The notes beneath the pieces were generated by a model. That model was given only the letters and a program-made list of their open reading frames with translations, was not told where the DNA came from and did no database searches. From Vulcanimicrobiota bacterium (lineage in GTDB: Bacteria; Vulcanimicrobiota; Vulcanimicrobiia; Eremiobacterales; Eremiobacteraceae), in NCBI GenBank assembly GCA_963764965.1, contig CAVXUM010000006.1, forward strand, positions 27,131 through 91,130: a stretch of DNA of 64,000 bases. The letters are read 5' to 3'. Made by a program: the position numbers and the translations under genes. Positions 54,958-63,960 of this stretch are shown piece by piece. Positions within the stretch are counted from its first letter, which is position 1; each line of letters opens with the position of its first letter.

Positions 54958-56799
54958 ATGGCACCCCTAGTTCAATTTCTCGCTGGACTCATCGCATGTT
55001 GTTTGACGTTTTCGCTAGCAAGCGCCAAAGCCGGATTGCCGGGAATTCCCGGCGTTCCCGTTCCTCCGATCCCTAACGTGCCGAAACTCCCGACCCTTCC
55101 GTTCCCCGATGTCTCGCAGCTCCTCTCCGGTCAAGACGCCGTCAGCACGAGTCTCGCTAACGCTGTAACGGGCATCCCGTTTTTGAACGATTATCAGCCG
55201 TTCATCGTTGCTCCCCTTGAAGCTGGCTCGCGAGGTGCCGGTGGCGGTTTCGACGTACCCGCTGGTTCGTATGTGTTCGAGGCGAGAAGTTATTGCTTGC
55301 ATGCCGGCAAGTATTTTGCTGTAGGAGGCAGCGGGTATCTTTACGCGCCGCTGAAGGGATCGAAGGCGCAGATCATTCGGACTATCCTAGAGCGATCTGC
55401 AGTTCATCTTGAGGTTCCTCAGCACGACGTTCAGCTGCTCATCTGGGCGATTCTTGCTCGAGTGAGAACAAGCGACTTATCGCCACAACTGCAGGCTGAC
55501 GCCGCAAAGCTTTTGCTGCCGTCTCAAATCTTGTTGCTCAACAGTTCGGCGATCGGCGTTGTGCCAGAAGGTCAATTCGGCACTTTGTTAGCGAAGATAC
55601 CCGATTCGCTTCAACCGGTGGTGCAAACCGAGAACTCAATGCGTGGATTACTTGCCTCAAACGCAACATATGAAGCAATGGAGCGAGTCGCCGTTCCGCA
55701 ATCGCCGCAACACAGGACGACTCTCTCGCCGGTTCGATGGTCGTTCGCGCCACAAGGGTATTTTGTCTGGTACATCCCCCACGGGTTTTCATGGACGACA
55801 ACCTTTGTGGACGTACCAGGCGCCGTTCTCATGACTCAAGACTCGCTGGGCCGTGTTACGCTCTTGAAAGATCGACAAGGAGACAGCGTGATCATTTCCT
55901 ACGTTGACTCCAGCTCCGGAGCACGCGTCGCAGGGGATTCTCAGGTCGAGTTCTATCGAATCCGCTCATTGCGGTTCGCGTGGCAGCAGACAAAAGGCGG
56001 TAAAACAAGCTTACAAAGTCAAACGTGGCCGGCAAACGAGTGGGTCTTGGTCGGAGTACCTAACGGAAAGGGTCGGGTCTCGTCACGCGTGGGTTCGACA
56101 AGCGGGCAAGAATTATACAATAGCGCAGGTTCGCTCCGCGATCAATTTCTCAATCTGCTGCGGACCGTTCATGGCGATTCTCAAACACTCCCGTCTTTGG
56201 TCGCGCTGGGCGAGCTGCGGGGAGCAATGCAGTCAATATCAAGCGGTCAACAGGTTCGCTCAGCGGCTATCCATCGGGAACTGAGTTTTCCGTTCGCTGC
56301 GTGGGAGTCAGCGTTCGCCCGTTCGGTGGGAGGCCGCACCGCCGCACTCGTTGATGCGGGCATTGATCCTCCTATTAATCTGTCGGATGGGGTCGGGCAG
56401 CCGCAAGATCCTGGGGCTCAGCGGCTCGCACAGTCGCCTGTCTGTCAAGAACTTCCTCCGGGACCGGGTAATAATGCGCAACAAATAATTTCAAAAGGTC
56501 TGTCCGACGGCGGATACCCCCATGCGGGTTCAAATCCGCAGTTCATCAGCTACCAAGAAATCGGAAACACGGTGTATTGGCACATTGATCTAAATAGTTC
56601 ATTCGACCCGATATCTCCCTGCACGCCGGGAACTCCGCCCTATAGTTTTTACGGCGGAGTCCACCGCGACGGAGACAATTTCGGTGCGTCGTCCGGTCTC
56701 ATGCACAATGGGCAAACGATTGGTAAAGGCACGGGGTCGGCGCCCGAAAAATGCGCCTCATGCGCGATTGGAGAATCCTTGAGACCGATTCACTATTAG
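54958..56799 (+). CDS. Secreted hypothetical protein (613 aa, intact)
   Basis: Signal peptide MAPLVQFLAGLIACCLTFSLASA, a Pro-rich N-terminal segment (GLPGIPGVPVPPIPNVPKLPTLPFP), and a Cys pair near the C-terminus (EKCASCAIGE). No recognisable family. Confidence 0.55.
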   Translation: MAPLVQFLAGLIACCLTFSLASAKAGLPGIPGVPVPPIPNVPKLPTLPFPDVSQLLSGQDAVSTSLANAVTGIPFLNDYQPFIVAPLEAGSRGAGGGFDVPAGSYVFEARSYCLHAGKYFAVGGSGYLYAPLKGSKAQIIRTILERSAVHLEVPQHDVQLLIWAILARVRTSDLSPQLQADAAKLLLPSQILLLNSSAIGVVPEGQFGTLLAKIPDSLQPVVQTENSMRGLLASNATYEAMERVAVPQSPQHRTTLSPVRWSFAPQGYFVWYIPHGFSWTTTFVDVPGAVLMTQDSLGRVTLLKDRQGDSVIISYVDSSSGARVAGDSQVEFYRIRSLRFAWQQTKGGKTSLQSQTWPANEWVLVGVPNGKGRVSSRVGSTSGQELYNSAGSLRDQFLNLLRTVHGDSQTLPSLVALGELRGAMQSISSGQQVRSAAIHRELSFPFAAWESAFARSVGGRTAALVDAGIDPPINLSDGVGQPQDPGAQRLAQSPVCQELPPGPGNNAQQIISKGLSDGGYPHAGSNPQFISYQEIGNTVYWHIDLNSSFDPISPCTPGTPPYSFYGGVHRDGDNFGASSGLMHNGQTIGKGTGSAPEKCASCAIGESLRPIHY

Positions 56800-57167
56800 C
56801 AAATCCGGTTAAGAAGCGAAAAATGGATTAGTCATACAATGATGAGCCGAATATTTTTTGCGATAATTGACCGAGCACCGGACGTTTGCGCGCGTTTGCA
56901 ACCGTTTTGCAGATGAGTCGATAGCAATGGATTCAGTGCCGCCAAAGCCCGCAAAAAAAGGCCCTGGTTCCACGCTCGAATACCAGACTTTTCTGTGCTT
57001 CCAGCAATCTCGCCACGGAACATCGATTGTTTGCGTATTGCTCAGGCCCTGAGCGTCGGGTCATTTATCCAGTCTACCGGATGTTGGGGATCGACGCACC
57101 GGACGTTTGCGAATGGCGTTCAAGCGCAGACCAGATGTTTACGAGCGACGCGCTTCAGGATCGCTGT

Positions 57168-57190
57168 CCCAGAATGGCCGGGCACAAGTC
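57168..57190 (-). repeat. Terminal inverted repeat, right copy
   Basis: The reverse complement GACTTGTGCCCGGCCATTCTGGG matches IR-L at 21/23 positions; followed by T5. Confidence 0.6.
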
Positions 57191-57494
57191 TTTTTGAGTA
57201 GCCGCCTGAAACACATCAAGTCCACCGCACGTCCCGAAGTAGAGAACCGAAGCCGTAGACCAATACAATCGATCCTGTTCAATCCCGCTGGTTCGACACC
57301 CAATTGCATTGATTATTGGATGAATTCATAGGCTTGAACCCGGTCGTTTTTGCGGGCTTTTGCGGCCAATCCGTCGTTAATCTAATGTCCACCGAACTCA
57401 CTCAGTTTCAAGTTAGTGACCATCGCAGATCTTCCAACATTTCCGCTCCCGGATGTATCTTATACGATAGATGCTCTCGGGGAGCGAAGTCTTA

Positions 57495-58034
57495 ATGTCG
57501 GGGAATGAAGAGAAACTCGATCGGATAGCGGCAGCCGCGATGGCGGGCGAAGCGCCCGCGTTGAGTTCGCTAATGGCTCGCAGTTGGGACTTAGCTTTTC
57601 GCTTGGCTGCACGGATGCTTGGCGATCGTCAAGCCGCGCAGGATGTGGCCCAGACCGCGTGCGAGCGCGTCTTACGATCCCTCCGGTTCTTGAGATCCGC
57701 GAAAGCGTATAGCCCCTGGTTTTATTCCATCGTTACGCGGATCGCACTCCGCGAGCGTATGACGCTCGCACGACGGGCTAGTATCGAGCCTTGCGATCGT
57801 CCCGCTATCGTAGATCCAACGGATTCCGTTGCTATTAACGAGGCGATAGATCGCCTTAAATCCGAGCTAAAAGACGTCGTCGTGCTCTTTTACGGGTGCG
57901 ATCTCAGCACTGATGTTATCGCTCGCAGTTTAAACGTGCCCAACGGAACGGTCCGTTATCGGCTGCATGAAGCGCGCAAACAGCTCCGAGAAATGCTCGA
58001 GAGCACCATTGACCAGGAAAGCGTAGGATTGTAA
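57495..58034 (+). CDS. ECF (sigma-70 family, group 4) RNA polymerase sigma factor
   Basis: Region 2 (DVAQTACERVLRSLRF...PWFYSIVTRIALRE) and a region 4 HTH (LKDVVVLFYGCDLSTDVIARSLNVPNGTVRYRLHEARKQL). RBS GGGGAG. The ORF track starts at 57471. Confidence 0.75.
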   Translation: MSGNEEKLDRIAAAAMAGEAPALSSLMARSWDLAFRLAARMLGDRQAAQDVAQTACERVLRSLRFLRSAKAYSPWFYSIVTRIALRERMTLARRASIEPCDRPAIVDPTDSVAINEAIDRLKSELKDVVVLFYGCDLSTDVIARSLNVPNGTVRYRLHEARKQLREMLESTIDQESVGL

Positions 58035-58037
58035 GCA

Positions 58038-58701
58038 ATGAACGAATTTGATCAACGCATTCGTGATGCGGTGCGCGGCTCGCTTGCCGCTTATGAGGTG
58101 CCATCGCATCCGCAATTCGTACCCGAGTCTACATCAATTCACCACGGTCAAAGTAAAAGATGGGTTGTGGCGGTCGCCGCAACAGTTTGTCTAGCCTTCG
58201 TAGCGGCTGCGTCAACAGGACACATCGCTGTCGCACAACTCGAAAACACCGTTACGCAAATACTTCGATTCTTCGAAATCGATGCGCGCGGCCGGCAGTA
58301 TCCGCTAGAGACACAATCCTTGAGCTTGACCGAAGCATTGCAGACGCAAGCCTTTCATGTCATAGCACCGGCAGGGACTTCCGGACGGCACAGCGTTGCG
58401 GTCGATTCAAAGACTAGGCTCTGGCAATGCAACGACGCTGATATTTGCCTTCGATCGCGACGGGAGGCAGTTCTCGATCGTTGAGACGCCTTCAAGTTCG
58501 CAAACCATGCCAACTATTGGTTACTCGCTCGCGCCGTCCTTTCCTCACCCAAACGATCGTAGACCGCAGCCTCATGGCCACTATTTCAAGGTTCAAGCAG
58601 TCGAATGGGTAGCAGGATCCGCGCACGTGGCCCTGTTTGCCGCAACTGCATTGACGTCAGATGAGGTTATAGGCATCGAACGCGCGATGAGTCATCTGTG
58701 A
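58038..58701 (+). CDS. Putative membrane-anchored anti-sigma factor, one frameshift near 58420
   Basis: Immediately downstream of the ECF sigma gene. Short cytoplasmic N-terminus, a single TM (WVVAVAATVCLAFVAAAS), and a periplasmic C-domain continuing in a second frame. Confidence 0.4.
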
Positions 58702-59054
58702 AGATGCGAGCGTATGGTCGGCCGAGCCCTAGGTTATGGCACATTTCGACGCCCGGTCGAGGAGCCAATAACAATTGTCGCATTGGTTCCTGGTCTCACC
58801 AAGAATTCACCCTTTCCAGCCGCCGAGTTCCAACCGTGACTGTAGGAGATCGATAGGATGATTAGGGTGGCCATTAAGAATACGAACCAGTTCCGTCCAA
58901 CCGCACGCGCGAATAGGCCTAACGACGACAGCTCGGTTTCAGGCTCCACAGCTTTTCGATGCTGGCAGGCGGAAATGCGCCCTGACGTCCGGTTCTAGTG
59001 ACAATAACTTACCTCAATTCCAAACGTCCGGTGACTTCGTAAACGTTCGGCGAC

Positions 59055-60029
59055 CTATCGGGTGTTGTCGATCTCGCTTCGGCCGATCATGTAGCAAAAG
59101 CCGATAGATACCGAGCGAGGATACGACCGCGTTGTGGACGCCACACCGCCCTCGGGTTCGGTGTAATCGCTGGCCAGCGTTTGTCCGCCGTATTGCGCCG
59201 TCAGCAGCCATTGACGAGCGAGCGTTTGCGCGAAGTTCAACGTGATAGGCGTCGTGTTCGGTGAGAAGTTGTGCTGGACGAACAAGCCGATCAGCGTTCC
59301 ACCGCGCGAGCGCCACGTCGGGATGATCTGCGGCGTGAAGCTCCAGCCTCGCTGGACCCCAGACGCTGTCGTGCTTACCACTGCGTTGATGAACGGTAGG
59401 GTGACGGCGATGCCATATGGACTTCCAGGCCGGACTGGCATGCTTGCGAGCGGCATCAGCGTATAGGAAGGGCCGGCTGCTGTGAGCGATTGTGAGCCGG
59501 TCTGCGCCTGATACGACGCGGAGAAGCTAGCCAACGCGAGTGAGCGATTGTTGTAGTAAACTTCCTGTTTGTAGCCAAATGCCATGTCCGTCGCGCCAGC
59601 GACCGTGACGTCTTGTATGGTGGTGCTCTGCTCAAAGGTAGGTAAGGTAACCGATACTTGCGATCGCCTCGTGACCCCGATGACGACGAGACCGTTTGGA
59701 TAATAGAACGACCGGCCGGATCCAGTCGTCGTCTCGATTTGACCATTGAAGGTCACCTGCGAATACGAGGTTGTGTTCGTTGCTCCGTAGTTGGCTTGAA
59801 GCATAGCCTGACCCAATACGAACACACATGGTCCGCCGGCGAGGTATTTCTTGACGAGCTCGAGCGATCCGCCGCAGGGGTCGAAATACCCCGACGGCCA
59901 CACCGCAGGGCTTGGCGTAGGTGAAGGTGTTGGATTAACGGTGTCTGCGACCGCCGCGCACGGCGCGAGCAAAGCCAGGGCGACGCCCGCAATCAGCGCA
60001 CCGGATCTCATCAAGGGACGCGATCCCAC
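59055..60029 (-). CDS. Secreted beta-rich hypothetical protein (possible outer-membrane protein)
   Basis: Signal peptide ...ALALLAPCAAVA-DT and a Pro/Thr linker. 324 aa, intact. Alternating hydrophobic beta-strand pattern. Confidence 0.4.
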   Translation of the reverse strand: MGSRPLMRSGALIAGVALALLAPCAAVADTVNPTPSPTPSPAVWPSGYFDPCGGSLELVKKYLAGGPCVFVLGQAMLQANYGATNTTSYSQVTFNGQIETTTGSGRSFYYPNGLVVIGVTRRSQVSVTLPTFEQSTTIQDVTVAGATDMAFGYKQEVYYNNRSLALASFSASYQAQTGSQSLTAAGPSYTLMPLASMPVRPGSPYGIAVTLPFINAVVSTTASGVQRGWSFTPQIIPTWRSRGGTLIGLFVQHNFSPNTTPITLNFAQTLARQWLLTAQYGGQTLASDYTEPEGGVASTTRSYPRSVSIGFCYMIGRSEIDNTR

Positions 60030-61423
60030 CCGACATCGCGCCCAAGTTCGCGCGCAGCGCGATACGCTGCACGCCCGATGACGCCGGCATACGTGGGAAA
60101 CGAAAGCGGAATCCGAGCGATCACTTCTACCGTCATCTTCGCGGTCATCGCGACTGCGACCAACTGCACGATGTCCACTGCGCGCTCGCCGACGATGTGA
60201 CAGCCTAGGATTTGTCCGGTCTGCCGGTCGACGACGAGCTTACAAAAGCCGACGGTGCGGCCGTCGATAATCGTGCGCGTCGTCGAATCAAATGGTATTT
60301 TCACGATGAGGGCATCGTGCGCCTCACGGGCTTTCGCCTCCGTGAGACCGACCTGCGCATACTCGGGATCAGTAAAGCTGCCGATCGGTGCCGCCTCGTT
60401 TCCGGCGCTCATGGTCGGGCCGCGTACGGCATTGCTCCCCGCGACGTAACCTTCTTGAATGGCCTGCGGTACCAACATCGCTCTGCCATTGACGTCGCCC
60501 GCGGCGAAGATGTTCGGAACGTTGGTGCGCAGATATTCGTCCACGTGCACGCAGCCTCGCGCTTCTGTCGTGACGCCCGCAGCCGCGAGATCTAGTCCGG
60601 CCGCATCAACGACCCATCCGACCGCGACAACTGTAAGCGCAGCCTCGGCGGATTCGCGGGTGCCTTCCTTTACATACGTCATGCGTACGCCACGCGCGCT
60701 TTTCTCAAATCGTTCGATTTGGCCAAAGCTTTCGCGTATCTCGATGCCTGACTCACGGAATGCGGCCGTGACGGCCGCCGAAACATCTTCATCTTCTGTC
60801 GGGATGATTCGCGCGGCTGCTTGGAAGAGCTGTATGCGCGATCCAAGCGCGTTGAAGATTGAAGCGACTTGCGCGCCTGTCGCGCCCGCGCCGATGACTA
60901 GCATTGATTCAGGAACGGATTTGAGCGCAAGCGCATCACCAGGGGTGGCAGTCAGCTCAAACCCCGGAAGGTCGAGCTTTCGACTCACGCCTCCCGTGCA
61001 AATGATGATCTTTCCGGCTTGAAGCTTCGTTCCATCTGCCGCTAAGACAGTCTGCGAATCGAGAAATCGAACGGTGCCGGCTCGTTCGTACAACGTCACA
61101 CCCAGACGGTCGACGTCGTCGCGCCACGCCGAGTGCGTGCGTACCTCGGCGATGATGCGATTCACGCGTTCGAGCAACTGCGCGTAGTCAAGTTTCGGCA
61201 CACCGACGGCGATGCCGTATTCAGGCAGTTGACGCGCCTCACGCATGAGGCGCGCCGCATGAGCGAGCGTCCTCACAGGGACGGGCCCATCGTTAGCGGC
61301 CATGCCGCCAAATCCGCCCGACGTGATGAGCGCGGTTCTCGCGCCGAGATCACCGGCTCGCATCGCCGCGTTCACGCCTGCAGGGCCTGCGCCGATGACA
61401 ACAACGTCGAACACCGTTGTCAC
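60011..61423 (-). CDS. FAD/NAD(P)-binding pyridine nucleotide-disulfide oxidoreductase family protein (Lpd/MerA-like fold) lacking the redox-active CXXXXC motif
   Basis: Intact 470 aa. FAD motif VVVIGAGPAG, NAD motif LVIGAGATGAQ, and a C-terminal dimerisation domain. The position of the disulfide motif reads GGFGGMAANDGPVPVRTL, with no Cys. Confidence 0.7.
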   Translation of the reverse strand: MTTVFDVVVIGAGPAGVNAAMRAGDLGARTALITSGGFGGMAANDGPVPVRTLAHAARLMREARQLPEYGIAVGVPKLDYAQLLERVNRIIAEVRTHSAWRDDVDRLGVTLYERAGTVRFLDSQTVLAADGTKLQAGKIIICTGGVSRKLDLPGFELTATPGDALALKSVPESMLVIGAGATGAQVASIFNALGSRIQLFQAAARIIPTEDEDVSAAVTAAFRESGIEIRESFGQIERFEKSARGVRMTYVKEGTRESAEAALTVVAVGWVVDAAGLDLAAAGVTTEARGCVHVDEYLRTNVPNIFAAGDVNGRAMLVPQAIQEGYVAGSNAVRGPTMSAGNEAAPIGSFTDPEYAQVGLTEAKAREAHDALIVKIPFDSTTRTIIDGRTVGFCKLVVDRQTGQILGCHIVGERAVDIVQLVAVAMTAKMTVEVIARIPLSFPTYAGVIGRAAYRAARELGRDVGWDRVP

Positions 61424-61425
61424 GC

Positions 61426-62748
61426 CTACGATGTGAGAGCAGCCAGCCAGCGCAGCGCAGAAAGGCTCGGCATGAAGCAGTATTCGCCGCCCCGCGTTGT
61501 GACGAAGCGAGGTAAGCCCTGCATGCGCCGGCGGACGGGCCTGCGTGGAATCGTGAAGACGCCTCCGCCCTCGTTCACGCCGCTGATCGGGTCTTGCTCG
61601 TCCGAGACGCCGAAGAACACGCTATCGTTGATCCACTGCGACTGGACAAACTCGAATTGGCGCTTCAAGTGCGAACCGATGAAGGCGAACATGATGCCGC
61701 GGTCGGCGCCATCGTCCTCAAGCACGCCGTCGGGCAACGGCGGGCCATATGCAGTGCCTCGTCTCAGCATGCGGTGGAGCCGCACGAAGCCGGCGATGTT
61801 CGCGTCGCGCGGATTTGAGCGACGCATGTGCGAGCAAGGCGGAGTCTTGAACCCGATGTCGTCGTCGGCGAACGAGAAGTTGTTATTGCGCGACGGATCC
61901 GCACCAAGTTGCGGATCGTCATGCTCCGGCGCGAGCGCTAGCGGAGCGCCGCTGCGCCAGCGCCCCATCATTTTCGCGGCCAGTAGCTCTTCTTGCGCGT
62001 CGTGTTCTGAGTTGGTGCGCAGGTATTGGCGGAACGCCGCCACGCGCTCGTGCAGCTTGCGAAAGACCGCGTAGGTGCCGTTGCGTCCTAGCACGTCGGG
62101 CTGCGGCATCGGTGGAAACCCGCCCATTTCGTCGCGATAGCCGAGAATGAACTCGCCTGCCTTTAGCGGCGTCTCACGCGGATTGGAACCCGGGATGCCC
62201 GTGCCCTCGATCGCGGGATGACTGATGCCGTCGCGATAGCCGAAGTGCTCCTTTTCGGTCGGGAGGGCGTAGCAGTCCTGACGCCACAGCGCCGTGATCC
62301 CAGGAAACGTCTGGTGTGCCTCGCGCACGCGCGTGAGCTCTTGCTCGAGTTGTTCTTTCTTCGGAGCGATCGCGGTGAAGATGACGTGGCAGTCCGGTGT
62401 ACCGAGCGGTTTTTCCCAATGCTGCGGCGCGCTCTCCCCAGTGTCGCCCAGCACGTGCGCACGCGCAGCCATGCCGTGCACGAATTCAGGCGGAAAGCTC
62501 TCGAGGGAAGCCTGTGGTACTCCCAGCGCCTCGAGTCCTGCATACGTCAGCGACACGCTCGCCCACACATCGCCGCGCGGGCTATGCGGATGAGCGACCG
62601 ACGCGACCGCGGTGCCGGCGCGCCGCATCAACTCGCGTCCGGCCGCCTTGTCATCAATGCGTATGATGATGTAGGTAGCGGCAAAGGGAGTTGGCCGCGA
62701 CCGGACGGCGCCGCTTTGGATGTCGTCGAGCTGGAGCGGCTCGCTCAC
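61426..62748 (-). CDS. Dyp-type (dye-decolourising) peroxidase
   Basis: Intact 440 aa. DyP signature region (FGYRDGISHP, IGSHLKRQFEFVQSQW). Confidence 0.75.
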   Translation of the reverse strand: MSEPLQLDDIQSGAVRSRPTPFAATYIIIRIDDKAAGRELMRRAGTAVASVAHPHSPRGDVWASVSLTYAGLEALGVPQASLESFPPEFVHGMAARAHVLGDTGESAPQHWEKPLGTPDCHVIFTAIAPKKEQLEQELTRVREAHQTFPGITALWRQDCYALPTEKEHFGYRDGISHPAIEGTGIPGSNPRETPLKAGEFILGYRDEMGGFPPMPQPDVLGRNGTYAVFRKLHERVAAFRQYLRTNSEHDAQEELLAAKMMGRWRSGAPLALAPEHDDPQLGADPSRNNNFSFADDDIGFKTPPCSHMRRSNPRDANIAGFVRLHRMLRRGTAYGPPLPDGVLEDDGADRGIMFAFIGSHLKRQFEFVQSQWINDSVFFGVSDEQDPISGVNEGGGVFTIPRRPVRRRMQGLPRFVTTRGGEYCFMPSLSALRWLAALTS

Positions 62749-63767
62749 TTGGCGGCGATGTTCTTCCAGAAGCGCTCGAGGCTCTCGTCGCCGCCGAAAA
62801 GTGTGGTGAAGATGGTCGAGTCGGCCAGCATGATGTCTCCCGCCCGGTCACCGCTCGGCGGCATCCACAAGAACATGTTGAACTCTTTGTCACCCGCTTG
62901 CGTGAATGGATGCGGCCTTGAGAGGTCGACTGGTTGCTTCGCGAGCAAGTGGATCGATTTCGTGTCGTCGGTCGTGAGCGCATAATGGGGCAGATGCGGG
63001 TGGAAGTTGAACGTGGCGACCCCCTCGAGAAACCCGCGCCGATCGAGGTCCCGAAATGTGGTGAGCGGCGCAATTTGGTTCTTCGTGCCCTCAACGGTCG
63101 CCGGTCGAAGGCCCCAGCGGTTCTCGACCGGCACTCCCAGCGCTTTCATCAACGATCTCGTGTAGCGGCCGAAACGTTGCTGCCTTGGAACGAGCGCGTC
63201 GCGGTGATGACGGTATTCCATCTGACGCTGCTGCATGTCGCTGGAGCTACCGACGTCGTGATGCGGGCTCAAGACGAGCGTCGTCCCTTCGCGCTTTAGC
63301 CAATTGCGAATGGCCTCGATCTCCTCGGGCGACGCTGCTTGTTCGGTTACCAGATGGTCGAGTCCGAACACCATGAGCGTGTCGGTATCGGCCAAGATAC
63401 GCTCATCGATCGGCAATTTCTGCCCGGCTTGATCGATGCGCTGGTAGTCGATGACCGGCTGCCCGGTAGCCTCGCCGACAACTTGCTGGAACCGGACGAT
63501 TGAAAGATGGAACAGCTCGAGCGTTCCAGCTATGCCCTGCAGGAACATCTGCTCCGAATACTCCGGCGTCTCGTACGAGGGCCAGGCGACTCGGCGCACT
63601 TCCGTCATTGTCGAAAAGCGATTGTCAAGCTCGGTGACATCGCGATTCGATTCCCAGGGATAGCTCCAGGTCCAGTAGACGCTGAAGCGCCGTTGACCTA
63701 TCTTATACGGACGCGGCACGTTGAGTTGATTGTACGTGCGCGGCGACCAGATCGCACCGTTCGGCAT
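62745..63767 (-). CDS. Hypothetical protein, first gene of the DyP operon
   Basis: Intact 340-aa ORF whose stop overlaps the DyP start. No confident family assignment. Confidence 0.4.
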   Translation of the reverse strand: MPNGAIWSPRTYNQLNVPRPYKIGQRRFSVYWTWSYPWESNRDVTELDNRFSTMTEVRRVAWPSYETPEYSEQMFLQGIAGTLELFHLSIVRFQQVVGEATGQPVIDYQRIDQAGQKLPIDERILADTDTLMVFGLDHLVTEQAASPEEIEAIRNWLKREGTTLVLSPHHDVGSSSDMQQRQMEYRHHRDALVPRQQRFGRYTRSLMKALGVPVENRWGLRPATVEGTKNQIAPLTTFRDLDRRGFLEGVATFNFHPHLPHYALTTDDTKSIHLLAKQPVDLSRPHPFTQAGDKEFNMFLWMPPSGDRAGDIMLADSTIFTTLFGGDESLERFWKNIAAK

Positions 63768-63774
63768 GCTGCGC

Positions 63775-63960
63775 CTATTGCATCTGGTCGAGCATCTCGG
63801 AAAGCGCCTGCTTCACTCTCAGCGCTTTCTTAATCTCATCGGCGGTGACGTACGGAACCTCTGCGTACTCCAAGAAGCTTGGATGGTGATGTTCGCGCAC
63901 CCACTTCACGAATGCTTGTGGATTCGTCTTCCAATCCTCCGGGAAGCCCTCGAGATTCAT
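63775..63960 (-). CDS. Small hypothetical ORF at the window edge
   Basis: 61-aa ORF (MNLEGFPEDWKTNPQAFVKWVREHHHPSFLEYAEV...). The start lies 40 nt from the window end; the true N-terminus may be outside the window. Confidence 0.25.
   Translation of the reverse strand: MNLEGFPEDWKTNPQAFVKWVREHHHPSFLEYAEVPYVTADEIKKALRVKQALSEMLDQMQ

Noticed and set aside
57208-57470. Possible tRNA-like sequence (GGTTCGACACC) upstream of the sigma-factor gene
   Set aside because: No acceptor or anticodon stem complementarity and no T-loop consensus (TTCGAAT/TTCAAAT). Not a tRNA.
52247-59050. AAACGTCCGGT copies considered as a CRISPR-like or tandem repeat array
   Set aside because: Copies are irregularly spaced (38 bp to kilobases) and occur in both orientations, with no constant spacer length. 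This is not a CRISPR array.
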